Assembly (NCBI GenBank): GCA_965277285.1 | Contig: OZ255721.1 | Location: forward strand, 1,568,001 to 1,632,000 | From: Abditibacteriaceae bacterium | GTDB lineage: Bacteria; Armatimonadota; Abditibacteriia; Abditibacteriales; Abditibacteriaceae | Length of the DNA stretch: 64,000 bases | Reading direction: 5' to 3' | Part shown: positions 20,801 to 30,310 of the stretch, piece by piece | Numbering within the stretch: position 1 is the first letter of the stretch | Layout: the number at the start of each line of letters is the position of its first letter | Made by a program: the position numbers and the translations under genes | The notes under the pieces: model-generated | Databases searched by the model: none | What the model was told of the DNA's origin: nothing | The model's input: only the letters and a program-made list of their open reading frames with translations

Positions 20801-21443
20801 CGCCGAAAACCTGCACTTCGATGTGGCGCGCGCGCGTCACGAAACGCTCGACGTACAGCCCGCCGTCGCTGAAATTGGCTTGCGCCATACGCGCGACAGT
20901 TTCGTAAGCTTCGCGCAACGCGGTTTCCGAATGCGCCAATCGCATCCCGATACCACCGCCGCCCGCCGTGCTTTTCAACATCACGGGATAACCGATGCGC
21001 GCGGCTTCTTCGACCGCATGTTCGACATCGCGCAGCAATCCCGAACCAGGCAAAATCGGCACGTTTTCGCGGATGGCAACGGCGCGCGCCGTGTGCTTGC
21101 GACCGAATTCGCGCATTTGCTCGGGCGTTGGGCCGATGAAAGCGATACCGGCATCTTCGCACGATTGCGCGAAAGCGGCGTTTTCACTCAAAAAACCGTA
21201 GCCTGGATGAACGGCCTGCGCGCCGCTGCTGCGAACTGCTGCGAGAATGCGCTCGACATCGAGGTAGCTGCCGGTCGCCGGGCCTTCGCCGATGAGAATG
21301 GCTTCGTCGGCCATGCGAACATGAAGCGAATCGTGATCGGCTTGCGAATAAACCGCAACCGAGCCGACGCCCATTTTGCGCAACGTGCGAATAATGCGGC
21401 AGGCGATGGCTCCGCGGTTGGCGATGAGAACTTTATTGAACAT
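17844..21443 (-). CDS. uca: Urea carboxylase family enzyme, probably guanidine carboxylase
   Basis: Biotin carboxylase N-terminus (ANRGAIACR), carboxyltransferase HPSNLHDNAY and LVTTKYNPART, biotinyl domain EIMK. Confidence 0.95.
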   Translation of the reverse strand: MFNKVLIANRGAIACRIIRTLRKMGVGSVAVYSQADHDSLHVRMADEAILIGEGPATGSYLDVERILAAVRSSGAQAVHPGYGFLSENAAFAQSCEDAGIAFIGPTPEQMREFGRKHTARAVAIRENVPILPGSGLLRDVEHAVEEAARIGYPVMLKSTAGGGGIGMRLAHSETALREAYETVARMAQANFSDGGLYVERFVTRARHIEVQVFGDGRGDVVALGERDCSVQRRNQKVIEETPAPHFSPQQRAQITDAALRLAKAVNYRNAGTVEFVLDDDSGEFYFLEVNTRLQVEHGVTEEVTGVDLVEWMVRLAADELRVRETPQLHGHSMQVRLYAEDPAKDFQPSVGLLTQVEFSPNARIETWVESGTEVSPFYDPMLAKIIVKADDRDGAVAALQKALAETKIAGIETNLEYLRQIIADQTFRKGRQTTSYLSHFEYAMRGLEVIEAGVQTTVQDWPGRLGYWDVGVPPSGPMDDFALRLANRLVGNEEGEAALECAMVGPTLLFRHATIIALAGADMNATLDGESLKMWRSHHVAAGSRLKMGAISGAGARTYLAVAGGIAVPQYLGSRSTFSLGNFGGHAGRALRVGDVLPVSSQNRVLDEERHAPPEIVPQYSHEWEIGVLYGPHGAPDFFTPEDIETFFTASWEVHYNSSRTGVRLVGPKPVWARTDGGEAGLHPSNLHDNAYAIGSVDFTGDTPVILGPDGPSLGGFVCPVVVVEAELWKVGQLRPGDRIRFVPIDVAESAERRMLQDAQFAQLNSSSTRLPPLVPVAPANAILEAHDATQKSPQVVYRQAGDGYVLVEYGPVVLDLDLRFRVHALMTWLQAQKISGIVDLTPGIRSLQIHFDTRTISRATILDLLRQGETQLSNLDDLEVPTRIVHLPLSWDDPSVRLAIQKYQQSVRADAPWCPRNIEFIRRINGLESIEEVRRIVFDANYLVLGLGDVYLGAPVATPLDPRHRLVTTKYNPARTWTPQSAVGIGGAYMCIYGLEGPGGYQLVGRTLPIWNTYRSTQDFKDGKPWLLRFFDQVRYYPVAADELLEMREDFRAGRFNLQVEETVFRLNDYHHFLAQNADSIAAFKATQQSAFEAEREQWRINGQAEYVSEADSSTAPPEDVEMPPGALAVNAPTSGVVWKINVQEGDEVRKDDVLLIIEIMKTEFALQSPCDGVVHRLACSESQMVSTGQQLAVVQPA

Positions 21444-21582
21444 GAAATCGTGATTTAATCGTGAAAATGCGCCTACCTGAAACCGTAGGGCGTCAGCTTG
21501 CTGCGCCCATTTATGAGCAACGAGTTCAACAGTGCGGGCGCAGCAAGCTGACGCCCCTACAGCACCACATCGAGTACTCGAA

Positions 21583-22227
21583 CTAACCCCAGATCAGCAA
21601 GCGAACCGGCGTCGGATTGTAAGCGTTGCAAGGATTGTTGAGTTGCGGGCAATCGCTGATGAGGACGACCACATCCATTTCGGCGCGCATTTCGACGTAT
21701 TTGCCGGGCGCGGAAATACCGTCCTCAAACTTCAGGCCACCTTCGGGCGTGACCGGAACGTTCATAAAAAAGTTGATATTCGCCGCGAAGTCGCGTTTGG
21801 TAATTGGTATATTGGGCGCGACATGCGCAATTTGATGCAAAAACGTGTCGCGGCAAGAGTGCATCGGGCGTTTGTCCAACGCATAACGAACCGTGTTGCT
21901 TTCCGCCGAACACGCGCCGCCCAACGTGTCATGGCGCCCGCATGTATCCGCCGTAATCGTCAGCATCACGTTGCCTTCATCGGAAAAAAGGCGCGAACCT
22001 GCCGTCAGATAAATGTTGCCGCCGCGCGTGATGGTTGTCGTCGCGCTGTAATGTTCCTGCGTGTCATGCGCGTTGTAGAACAACGTATCCACTGCTTGAT
22101 TGCCTTCCATATCTTCGATGCGCAGCGTTTGACCTTGGCGCACCATATGAAGCCAACCATCGCCTGGCTGACAGATTTCGTTATAAACCGCAATTGCGGG
22201 ATCAAGTGAACTTTCGAGAATGCTCAT
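21583..22227 (-). CDS. Urea carboxylase-associated DUF1989 protein (carboxyguanidine deiminase subunit)
   Basis: [38 protein letters not shown]. Confidence 0.9.
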   Translation of the reverse strand: MSILESSLDPAIAVYNEICQPGDGWLHMVRQGQTLRIEDMEGNQAVDTLFYNAHDTQEHYSATTTITRGGNIYLTAGSRLFSDEGNVMLTITADTCGRHDTLGGACSAESNTVRYALDKRPMHSCRDTFLHQIAHVAPNIPITKRDFAANINFFMNVPVTPEGGLKFEDGISAPGKYVEMRAEMDVVVLISDCPQLNNPCNAYNPTPVRLLIWG

Positions 22228-22308
22228 GGTATTTTCACGAACCCGAAGCGTCAGCGAGGGAGACAGTTTGCGTAATCTCCCTCGCTCACGCTTCGGGTTC
22301 GTTGGTTT

Positions 22309-23034
22309 TCAGCGTGCGTAAAGGCGCTCGGTGTTGATGAAGGCGCGTTCGTTTTGCGGACAATGCGTGCGGCAAATGTCGTCTGCTTCAACCGCTGCAT
22401 CGCGCAGCGCAGTGAGTTGAACCGTCGATGTCGAGTACTCGATTCGCGTATCAAGCGGATGCGGAGCCGTTGACATCGCCACAATGACATCCATTTCAAA
22501 GCGCAAAACTACAGAACTGTTCGGCTGGCTGTGACCTTCATGAAACGTCAAAGCGCCGCTGTCTTCCACAGTGACTTTGCTGAACAGATTCAGTGTCGCG
22601 CCAAAATCGCGCTTGCCCAAACCCCATTTTCCCAGTTCGATCAACAATCCATCGCGCCCGTTGCGAAACATGTCGTTGCGCGCCTGCGCATAAGTTCGTT
22701 CGCCATATTTGTCGCGGATGTTTTGTGCGTCCGATGCGCCGCAAATGGTGTCGTTCCAGCCGGTCGTGTCGTCGATAATGGAACAAAGCACACGTCCCAT
22801 GTCGGAATAACATACGTTGCCAGCGGTGAGAAATGCCGTGTGCTGACCTTTCAAAGTGTCCGGCATATTGTAGCGCTCCAGCTTTTCTTCGCGGTTAAAC
22901 AGCAGCAGCGAAGCGTTGGCGCCGCCTTCGAGATCGAGTACTCGAAGCGCTGTACCACGTCGCAAAATGCCCGACCAATGGCAGCCGCCGGGAACCGTTT
23001 CTTGCCACAAAATGGCGTCAGAATCAATTTTCAT
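22309..23034 (-). CDS. Second DUF1989 urea carboxylase-associated protein (carboxyguanidine deiminase subunit)
   Basis: ERYNMPDTLKGQHT, SDMGRVL, PHPLD, PQNERAFINT; ATG 23034. Confidence 0.9.
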   Translation of the reverse strand: MKIDSDAILWQETVPGGCHWSGILRRGTALRVLDLEGGANASLLLFNREEKLERYNMPDTLKGQHTAFLTAGNVCYSDMGRVLCSIIDDTTGWNDTICGASDAQNIRDKYGERTYAQARNDMFRNGRDGLLIELGKWGLGKRDFGATLNLFSKVTVEDSGALTFHEGHSQPNSSVVLRFEMDVIVAMSTAPHPLDTRIEYSTSTVQLTALRDAAVEADDICRTHCPQNERAFINTERLYAR

Positions 23035-23222
23035 AAAACCTTTCAAGCACGGAAACAAGTCTCCGCCGTGTTATTGTTCGGTAATCGAGTACTCGATTCC
23101 ACGAACCTCAAGCGTCAGCGCGGGGCTTACGTAGTAGTTATCTCAGCCCCGTGCTGACGCTTGAGGTTCGTGGAACTGCTGATGCAAAGGTCTGAACTCA
23201 CTTCTTCGTTCGTCAGGGTTTC

Positions 23223-24035
23223 TTATCCTTCTCTCACGTCGGCGGAGGCGAGTTCGGCTTCGACGACGGCGCGGCCTTCCTCGTGCAGCAAGTGATGAAC
23301 TTGTTTGCGCAGTTCAAAGTATTCGGGCGAGTCGCGCGTGCTGTCGTCGCGCTCGTCGCCAAAGGGCACTGTAAGTTCGGCTTTGAAGCGTCCTGGGCGC
23401 GCCGTCATCACGAAAATGCGGTCGCTGAGATAAACCGCTTCATCGATGTCGTGCGTGATAAACAGCGTCGTCGTGTGCTCTTTGCGGCGGATTTCGAGTA
23501 CTAAATCTTGCATCACGGCGCGCGTTTGCGCATCGAGCGCGCCAAACGGTTCGTCCATCAACAAAATGCGCGGGTTGTTCGCCAGAGCGCGCGCAATCGC
23601 CACGCGCTGACGCATTCCGCCCGACAATTGCTTGGGATAATGATCCTTGAAGCCGTGCAGATTAACGGCATCCAAAAAATAATTGGCGCGCTCACTTTGT
23701 TCCAGCGGCGCTAATTTCTTCATGCGCGGCCCAAACATCACATTTTGCTTGACGGTCAACCACGGAAACAAGGTGTAGCCTTGAAAAACCATGCCACGTT
23801 CCGGCCCCGCTTCATAGAACGGCACGCCATCCAGAAACATTTCGCCCGCTGTCGGTTCAATTAGTCCGCCGACCATATGCAGCAAGGTCGATTTGCCGCA
23901 GCCGCTCGGCCCGACAATCGAGACGAACTCCGACACTTCCATCGAAAATGAAGTCGACGACAGTGCCAAAACCGGCTGACCTTTGGCTGCATACTCTTTG
24001 CTGAGGCCATTCACTTGTAGAATCGGTTGAGTCAT
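23223..24035 (-). CDS. ABC transporter ATPase, NitT/TauT family
   Basis: GPSGCGKST, LSGGMRQR, LLMDEPFGALD. Confidence 0.93.
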   Translation of the reverse strand: MTQPILQVNGLSKEYAAKGQPVLALSSTSFSMEVSEFVSIVGPSGCGKSTLLHMVGGLIEPTAGEMFLDGVPFYEAGPERGMVFQGYTLFPWLTVKQNVMFGPRMKKLAPLEQSERANYFLDAVNLHGFKDHYPKQLSGGMRQRVAIARALANNPRILLMDEPFGALDAQTRAVMQDLVLEIRRKEHTTTLFITHDIDEAVYLSDRIFVMTARPGRFKAELTVPFGDERDDSTRDSPEYFELRKQVHHLLHEEGRAVVEAELASADVREG

Positions 24036-24106
24036 AAAAGAAGAATCGAGTACTCGAACTGTCTGGACAGTTACCTGGAACTAAATGCGAAGTGCGAAAG
24101 TGGGAC

Positions 24107-24176
24107 TTTGTCATTCTGAGCGCAGCGAAGAATCTGACGCAGGGTTTAGATTCTTCGCTGCGCTCAGAATGACAAA
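24107..24176. repeat. Palindromic repeat family A: TTGTCATTCTGAGCGCAGCGAAGAATCT...inverse
   Basis: Other copies about 5578-5643, 25226-25295, 30135-30211, 36880-36968, 40314-40389; short variant 13650-13678. Confidence 0.9.
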
Positions 24177-24218
24177 CTGGAATGTTCGAGCACCAGACGC
24201 ATTTTCGGAAAGACTGTA

Positions 24219-25094
24219 TTAGCGGTTTGCTTCCGTCCACGGCAGAAGGCGCGGTTGCAGGAACTTGAAAATCATGTCGTTGGCCAAGCCCAGGAAACCC
24301 AGCATAAAAATGCTGACGAACATTTCATCGACGCGCAAATAGCGGCGCGCCTGCACCAATCGAAAGCCCAAACCCGATGTGGTGGCGACGACTTCGGCGA
24401 TGACTAAATACGTCCATGCCCAGCCGATCATGGTGCGGCAGGTTTCCATCAGGCCGGGCAAGGTCGCGGGCAGCAGAACGTTGAACAACAATTGCGACGG
24501 TTTGGCGCCCAATGTTCGCGCAGCCGACAACAAATCGCGCGGCACCTGGCGTGTCACATCAGCGACGATGATGACCATCTGGAAATAAGTGCCGATAAAA
24601 ATCAGCAGAATTTTGGCGGCTTCGTCAATGCCCGCCACAACCATCACGAGCGGCAAAAGCGCGGGCACGGGAATGTAGCGAATGAAGCCGACCAAAGGTT
24701 CCTGCGCCGCTTCGACGCCCTTGTAAGAACCGATGAGAATGCCCAGAGGAATCGCCAGCGCAGCCGACAAGCCGAAACCCGCCATGATGCGAAACACGCT
24801 GATCCAGGTGTCGTGCCACAAATCGCCTTCAGAGAACAAGCGTTTCGCTGCCAGCACAACCGCGCCTGGCGACGGCAAAATCAGCGGCGTGATGAAAGGC
24901 TGACCGTCGGCGCGATGTCCGTAAGTGGCGAGGCACCAGAGCGCGAAAGGAAGCAGAAACGACAACGCCGCGATCACCGAATAAGCGCGCGGCGAAATCT
25001 GTTCGCCAATGCGGAACCAGGAACGTCGGCGACGCGGACGAACCGGCGCGCTCGCATTGACGGGCGTTGTCGCTGTGGAAAGTGTGTCTTGCAT
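24219..25094 (-). CDS. ABC transporter permease, NitT/TauT family
   Basis: TM helices, AARTLGA loop, WAWTYLVIAE. Confidence 0.92.
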   Translation of the reverse strand: MQDTLSTATTPVNASAPVRPRRRRSWFRIGEQISPRAYSVIAALSFLLPFALWCLATYGHRADGQPFITPLILPSPGAVVLAAKRLFSEGDLWHDTWISVFRIMAGFGLSAALAIPLGILIGSYKGVEAAQEPLVGFIRYIPVPALLPLVMVVAGIDEAAKILLIFIGTYFQMVIIVADVTRQVPRDLLSAARTLGAKPSQLLFNVLLPATLPGLMETCRTMIGWAWTYLVIAEVVATTSGLGFRLVQARRYLRVDEMFVSIFMLGFLGLANDMIFKFLQPRLLPWTEANR

Positions 25095-25387
25095 AAGTCT
25101 CCTGCTGTGAGGCGCTGAGAACGACTATCGAGTACTCGATAAATTATGTAGAGGGCGCACGTCATGCGCCCTCTGGAACCTTGAGAGGTTTATAGAAAGT
25201 GAGCAAAACGCGAAGAAAGTAAGACTTTGTCATTCTGAGCGCAGCGAAGAATCTCTATGTGAAGTCAGATTCTTCGCTGCGCTCAGAATGACAAACTGTA
25301 GTTTCGAACGTTTTCTGCACCTGTTCCGACTTTCTATGGAACCTCTGCAGGATGCCGGAGTACGCGCACCATCGCCTCTACAAAAAT

Positions 25388-26626
25388 TCAGCCGACCGCG
25401 ACTTTTTTACGTTGCGGCGCGAGGCTGACTTTGACTTTGTAATCGTAAGGCGCCTGTTTGCCTAAACCTTTGGCGAGCGAAGCTTTGACGAATTCGGGGT
25501 CAATAGCGGGCGCAAAATCGGCGACTTTGTCGGCTTGCTTGACCTGCACCAGGAACTTGGCGACGCTGTCGCCGCTGGTGTAAAGCGAAGTTTGCTTGTC
25601 CGATTTGCTCATCGCGGCGAGCGCTTCGGGGGCCGAGAAAATGCGCGTTCCCTTCACGAAACCTTGGTAATCGGCGGGCGGCGTGTTGGTGCGCTTGGCG
25701 AGAATTTGCACGGCTGCGTCGGGATTTTTGCGCCACCAGTCAATCGCGTCATACCACGCGTCGACGATTTTCTGCACATCGGCGGGACGCGATTTCACGA
25801 TGTCGCTTTTCATCACCAGCAAATCGGGAATCAGGCCGGGAATGTTCGAGGAATCAAAAATCGAAGTCGAGCCTTTCATGTCCTTCAAAATCTTGGTGCG
25901 CGAAGGCTCCCACACAACTGCGGCATCGACGCGCTTGGCCAGCATCGCGGGCGGGCAATCTTGCACCGGCAGGTTGACGTAATCGACATCGTCCTGCGTC
26001 ATGCCGTTGGCTTCAAGCGCTTTCAGCATCAGGAAGTGATCGACGGTTCCCAGTTCGGTGGCGACTTTCTTACCTTTGAGTTGCTTGACCGAAGTGATGC
26101 CAGGCGCCGCGATCATGGCGTCGTTTCCGGCAGAATTGTCGTTGACCAGAACCGCTGTCAAGGGCAAGCCTTGCGCGAGCGGCCCCATCGTGTCGCCCCA
26201 CGTCTGGCAATTGGCGTCGACTTGTCCGGCAGTCAGGGCGCTCAGCGAATCGGTGTAAACCGGAAACCATTTCAATTGGACATTGGCGCCGCGTTTTTTG
26301 AAGAAGCCTTGCTGTTCGGCGATGTCCCACGCGACCCAACCCGGCCAATCCGAATAGCCTATCGTAATTGGTGTAGAACTGTCCGAAGTGGAAGTTCCCG
26401 ACGTAGTGGAAGGTGCCGCAGAATTGTCCGTTCCAGTACTCGATTTCGAGCCGCAACCGCTCAACAGCGAGCCGCTCAGAAGCGCAATGGCGGGCAAAAA
26501 AGCGATGCTCGAACGGGAAAAACGACGCGAGGCAGAAAGTGATGAAGTGTGTGTGGCGAGAGACGGAGTGGCGGAGGACGGTGATGCGACGCGAGGCGGC
26601 GAAGTCGAGAAACGAATCATGGGCAC
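25388..26626 (-). CDS. ABC substrate-binding lipoprotein, urea-carboxylase-associated type
   Basis: LLSGC lipobox, IGYSDWPGWVAW; AAGGAG upstream; start 26626 or 26620. Confidence 0.9.
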   Translation of the reverse strand: MPMIRFSTSPPRVASPSSATPSLATHTSSLSASRRFSRSSIAFLPAIALLSGSLLSGCGSKSSTGTDNSAAPSTTSGTSTSDSSTPITIGYSDWPGWVAWDIAEQQGFFKKRGANVQLKWFPVYTDSLSALTAGQVDANCQTWGDTMGPLAQGLPLTAVLVNDNSAGNDAMIAAPGITSVKQLKGKKVATELGTVDHFLMLKALEANGMTQDDVDYVNLPVQDCPPAMLAKRVDAAVVWEPSRTKILKDMKGSTSIFDSSNIPGLIPDLLVMKSDIVKSRPADVQKIVDAWYDAIDWWRKNPDAAVQILAKRTNTPPADYQGFVKGTRIFSAPEALAAMSKSDKQTSLYTSGDSVAKFLVQVKQADKVADFAPAIDPEFVKASLAKGLGKQAPYDYKVKVSLAPQRKKVAVG

Positions 26627-26888
26627 TGGCTCCTTGAATAAACCCTTGAGGAATAAACCCGTAAGGTAAAAGGAAAGCCGTGCGCAGGATGAGACCAGTC
26701 GTGGAGATGTGATCGCAGACCGCGCACCTTTCCAAAAGCATTACGGCTTTGAGGTTGCGGGCCAGGATGCAGCGTCGTGGGCCAAGCCAATTGAGTACTC
26801 GAAAGCACTGCCAATTGTCTTGTCTTCCGTTCGGTCCTTAGCCAGAAAATGCCGCCGGACGGAACGTCTTCCTTCCAGAGCGGCTTTC

Positions 26889-26931
26889 ATTGTCGCCTGC
26901 AGAAGTTTCTTGCGTGTTACAATGTCGTAAA
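26889..26931 (-). promoter_or_regulatory. Putative GlnR triple box plus -10 of the carboxylase operon
   Basis: Minus strand TTTAC-N6-GTAAC-N6-GAAAC (26931-26905), 10 nt, then GACAAT. Confidence 0.65.
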
Positions 26932-27196
26932 AGTTGAACTCTTCTCAAGTAGTGTCAGTTCGCGCATCGCCAGCGTACTCGTGTTACATTGCGCAAACCT
27001 CGAAAAACCGATCCAACTCTCCAATTGACGAATGCCCTCAGGAAGCGCGCATGGGAAAACCATAAACCGAGAACCAGTCTATATAATATGGCGCGCCTCG
27101 CTGCCTGTAGCGAGGACGGCGGTTTCCTTAAGTGGCGCTCACATCTGGCACCATGTTATGAGCCACGCTCCATTAAATCAGGCGAGCGAGCAAGTA

Positions 27197-27288
27197 TAAT
27201 TAACCCAAGTTGCTACCATGCCCGGCGGGAGCCGCCCAGCCGCGAGTTCACTCGCAGGCACTGATTAGGTGGCAACTTGGGTTAATTA
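27197..27288. mobile_element. MITE-like element with TAACCCAAGTTGCYACC termini
   Basis: 17-bp IR with one mismatch, flanked by TAAT/ATTA; related inverted copy at 52669-52731 (40 of 43 bp match), degenerate copy 13606-13732. Confidence 0.65.
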
Positions 27289-27429
27289 GGCTCACAATAT
27301 CACTTTCGAGTACTCGATTGTCGTTAAATCGTTCTGCGAAATCTTCGCCGTGCCGCAACACACCAGCATTAGCGCAACACAATTTCGCCGCTTTGCCACA
27401 TCGCTCCGTCACATCAAGGATTTGCAATT

Positions 27430-30086
27430 ATGGTTCATTCTCTGTTGGCTGTTCTGGCGCTTTCTTCGCTGACTTCGCCCACACGCTATGTCGACCCGAT
27501 GATTGGTACGGGTGGCACGGGACACACTTTTCCCGGTGTGGTGCTGCCTCACGGCATGGTGCAACTCAGCCCCGATACCGGAATCGACGGCTGGGAGCAT
27601 TCTTCCGGCTATTACTATAGCGACCGCTCGATCATGGGTTTTAGTCACCTTCATTTATCGGGTACCGGAGTGACCGATCAAGGCGACATTCTGGTAATGC
27701 CGACAGTCGGCGGACAAAAGTTGGTGCCAGGCGACTTGAGCAAGCCGGGAAGCGGCTATCGTTCGCGCTTCAGTCATAGCCGCGAAGTGGCGCGCGCCGG
27801 TTACTACTCGGTTTTCCTGCAAGACCCCGGCGTTCAGGCCGAACTGACGGCCACGTCGCGCGTTGGCATTCATCGTTACACCTTTCCGCGCACCGACAAA
27901 GCCAACCTGACCTTCGACATCACGCACTACTTGGGTGGTCAAACGGTGACTTTAGCCTCCGCGCGCTGGATCAGCTCGACCGAACTGCAAGGTTCTGTCT
28001 TCACCGATGGCTGGGCGCACGATCAACACACGTATTTCGTGGCGCGCTTTTCACAGCCTGCCACTCGCTATGGCGTTGCAGTGAATAATGCAATGGAAGC
28101 CGGAAAAACGCAGGCCGAAGGCAAGTTCCAGAACCTGGATGCTTACGCCACGTTCGACGCGCGCCAAAATCCGGTTGTCCTGGTCAAAGTCGCCTTGTCC
28201 AATGTCAGCACCGAGGGCGCGCGGCTCAATCTGAACGCGGAAGCGACACACTGGGATTTTGAGCGTTATGTGCGCGAAGCCAATGCAGCGTGGCGAAAAC
28301 GTTATCTGCGGCGACGGTCAACGGCGGGACGGACGTGCAAAAGCGCATTTATTACACGGCGTGGTATCATGCTTCGATTCATCCCAGCCTTTATCAAGAT
28401 GTCGATGGCCGCTATCTGGGCATGGATCGCAAAATTCATCAGTCGGCCAAAGGCGCCGAGTATTATCACATTTATTCGCTGTGGGACACCTATCGCGCCG
28501 AGCATCCCTTGTTTCAATTGACGCAGCCTTCGCTGAACTCGCAGTTTGTGAACTCATTGCTGGAGCGTTACAAGATTCGCGGCGAGTTGCCAGTCTGGGA
28601 ACTCGATTCGAGCGAGACTTATTGCATGATCGGCTCGCCTGCTGTTCCCGTGGTGGCGAACGCGATTGTCAACGGCGCGCCGGGAATTGATCGCGCTCTG
28701 GCGCTCAAAGCGGTCGACGATTCTCTGAAATATGATGCGCGCGGGCAAAAGCTGTTTCTCGATTACGGCTTTGTGCCGTCCAACCGCGAAAACGAATCGG
28801 TTTCCAAAACTTTGGAGTTCTCTTACGCCAATGGCGCCGCTTCGGAAATGGCGCGTTTTCTGGGGAACACAGACGATGCGAACTTGTTGTGGAAACGCTC
28901 ACAAGGCTATCGAATGGTCTTCGATCCCTCACAAGGTTTGGCGTGTCCCAAAACCGACGACGGGAAGTGGGTGCCGAACTACAAGCCGGCGAGTTTGCAA
29001 TACGAGCCGCGTTTTGTCACTGAAGGCAACTCGTGGCAATATAGCTGGCTCGTGATGCACGATTTGCCCGGCTTGATAAGCCTTTATCCCAGCCGACAGG
29101 CGTTCTTGGACAAGTTGACGCAGACGTTCGATCCGGCCAACAAACCCATTGGCAGCATCTCCGATGTGTCCGGCACCATTGGAGAATATGCGCACGGCAA
29201 CGAACCGAGCCATCACGTCGCTTACCTTTTCTCGCTCGCCGGTCGCCCCGATCTGACGCAGAAATATGTGCAGCAAATCTGTCGCAATTTCTACCGCGAC
29301 AAGCCAAGCGGTATCATCGGCAACGACGACGCCGGACAAATGAGCGCATGGTACGTGTTTTCCGCGATGGGTTTTTATCCCGTCGATCCGGCTTCGGGCG
29401 AATATGCGCTGGGCGTTCCGCAGTTTCCCGACATGAGTTTGAAGCTGGAAAACGGTAAAACGATTCACATCGTGGCCAAAGGTTTCGATCCGGCCACGGG
29501 AATTGTACGCCAGATACGCTGGAACAATCGAGTACTCGATAACGCACGCATTCGTCACGCCGACCTGATTCAGGGCGGAACTTTGGAGTTCATCGGCGTG
29601 CCATCGACTGAAAAAGCCAGGCCTGTCACTTTTCCAGTTCGCATTGCGGCGGGCGATGCGGTGAGCGGCTTCACGACTGACCCCAACGTTTCGGACGGAC
29701 AAACCAACAGCAACACAAACCCGATTGACACGAACGTGCCAAACGCCGGGCCAGCGGCTCTTTATCAAAGCGAACAGTATGGCACCGATTTTTCGTACTC
29801 GATTCCCGCGCCTAAAGGCACCTATCGCGTGCGCTTGCACTTCGCCGAAGTCTTTGGTGACGTATCCGGTCAACGACTGGAAAACATTTCCATTAATGGC
29901 CGTCGCGTCCTGACCAACTTCGACATCGTTGCCACTGCCGGCCCGAACAAAGCTCTCGTCCGCGAGTTCACGGGCATTCAGCCGGATGCGCAGGGCAATA
30001 TCGTGATCCGCATTGAAGCCACCGACGACAGCCCCGACCAAAACGCCAAAATCAGCGGCCTCGAGATTTTTCGTGACAGCAAATAA
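27430..30086 (+). pseudogene. GH92 alpha-mannosidase with C-terminal malectin domain, split by a 1-nt frameshift (pseudogene or assembly error)
   Basis: N-half YVDPMIGTGGTGHTFPG..QLSPDT; C-half SLWDTYRA, HGNEPSHH, GNDDAGQMSAWY; frames join at AAAA 28296-28299. Confidence 0.85.
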
Positions 30087-30244
30087 CATTGCTTCCGCTT
30101 GGCGTTCAGGCTATTTCAAAAGCCCGGCAGGTAAAAGTTTGTCACTTTGAGCACAGCGAAGAACCTGACGATAGTAGGTAGATTCCTTGCTGCGCTCAGA
30201 ATGACAAACTTCAGCGACTCAGGCAAAGTATTTATGACATCGCC

Positions 30245-30304
30245 TGACAAAAAGAGAAACCTTTCAATTACATTCATAAATTGAAAGGTTTCTCTTTTTG
30301 TCAG
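30245..30304. terminator. Long hairpin, bidirectional terminator
   Basis: CTGACAAAAAGAGAAACCTTTCAATT...AATTGAAAGGTTTCTCTTTTTGTCAG between convergent GH92 and GH13. Confidence 0.75.
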
Positions 30305-30310
30305 GAATTT

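Noticed and set aside
26627..26890. Canonical guanidine-I, II or III riboswitch
   Set aside because: No guanidine-I 3' AAAAGCCCGGGAG-type motif and no G-ACGR-C hairpin pair; GACAAGAC is present but without the guanidine-III pairings. Kept only as a non-canonical candidate
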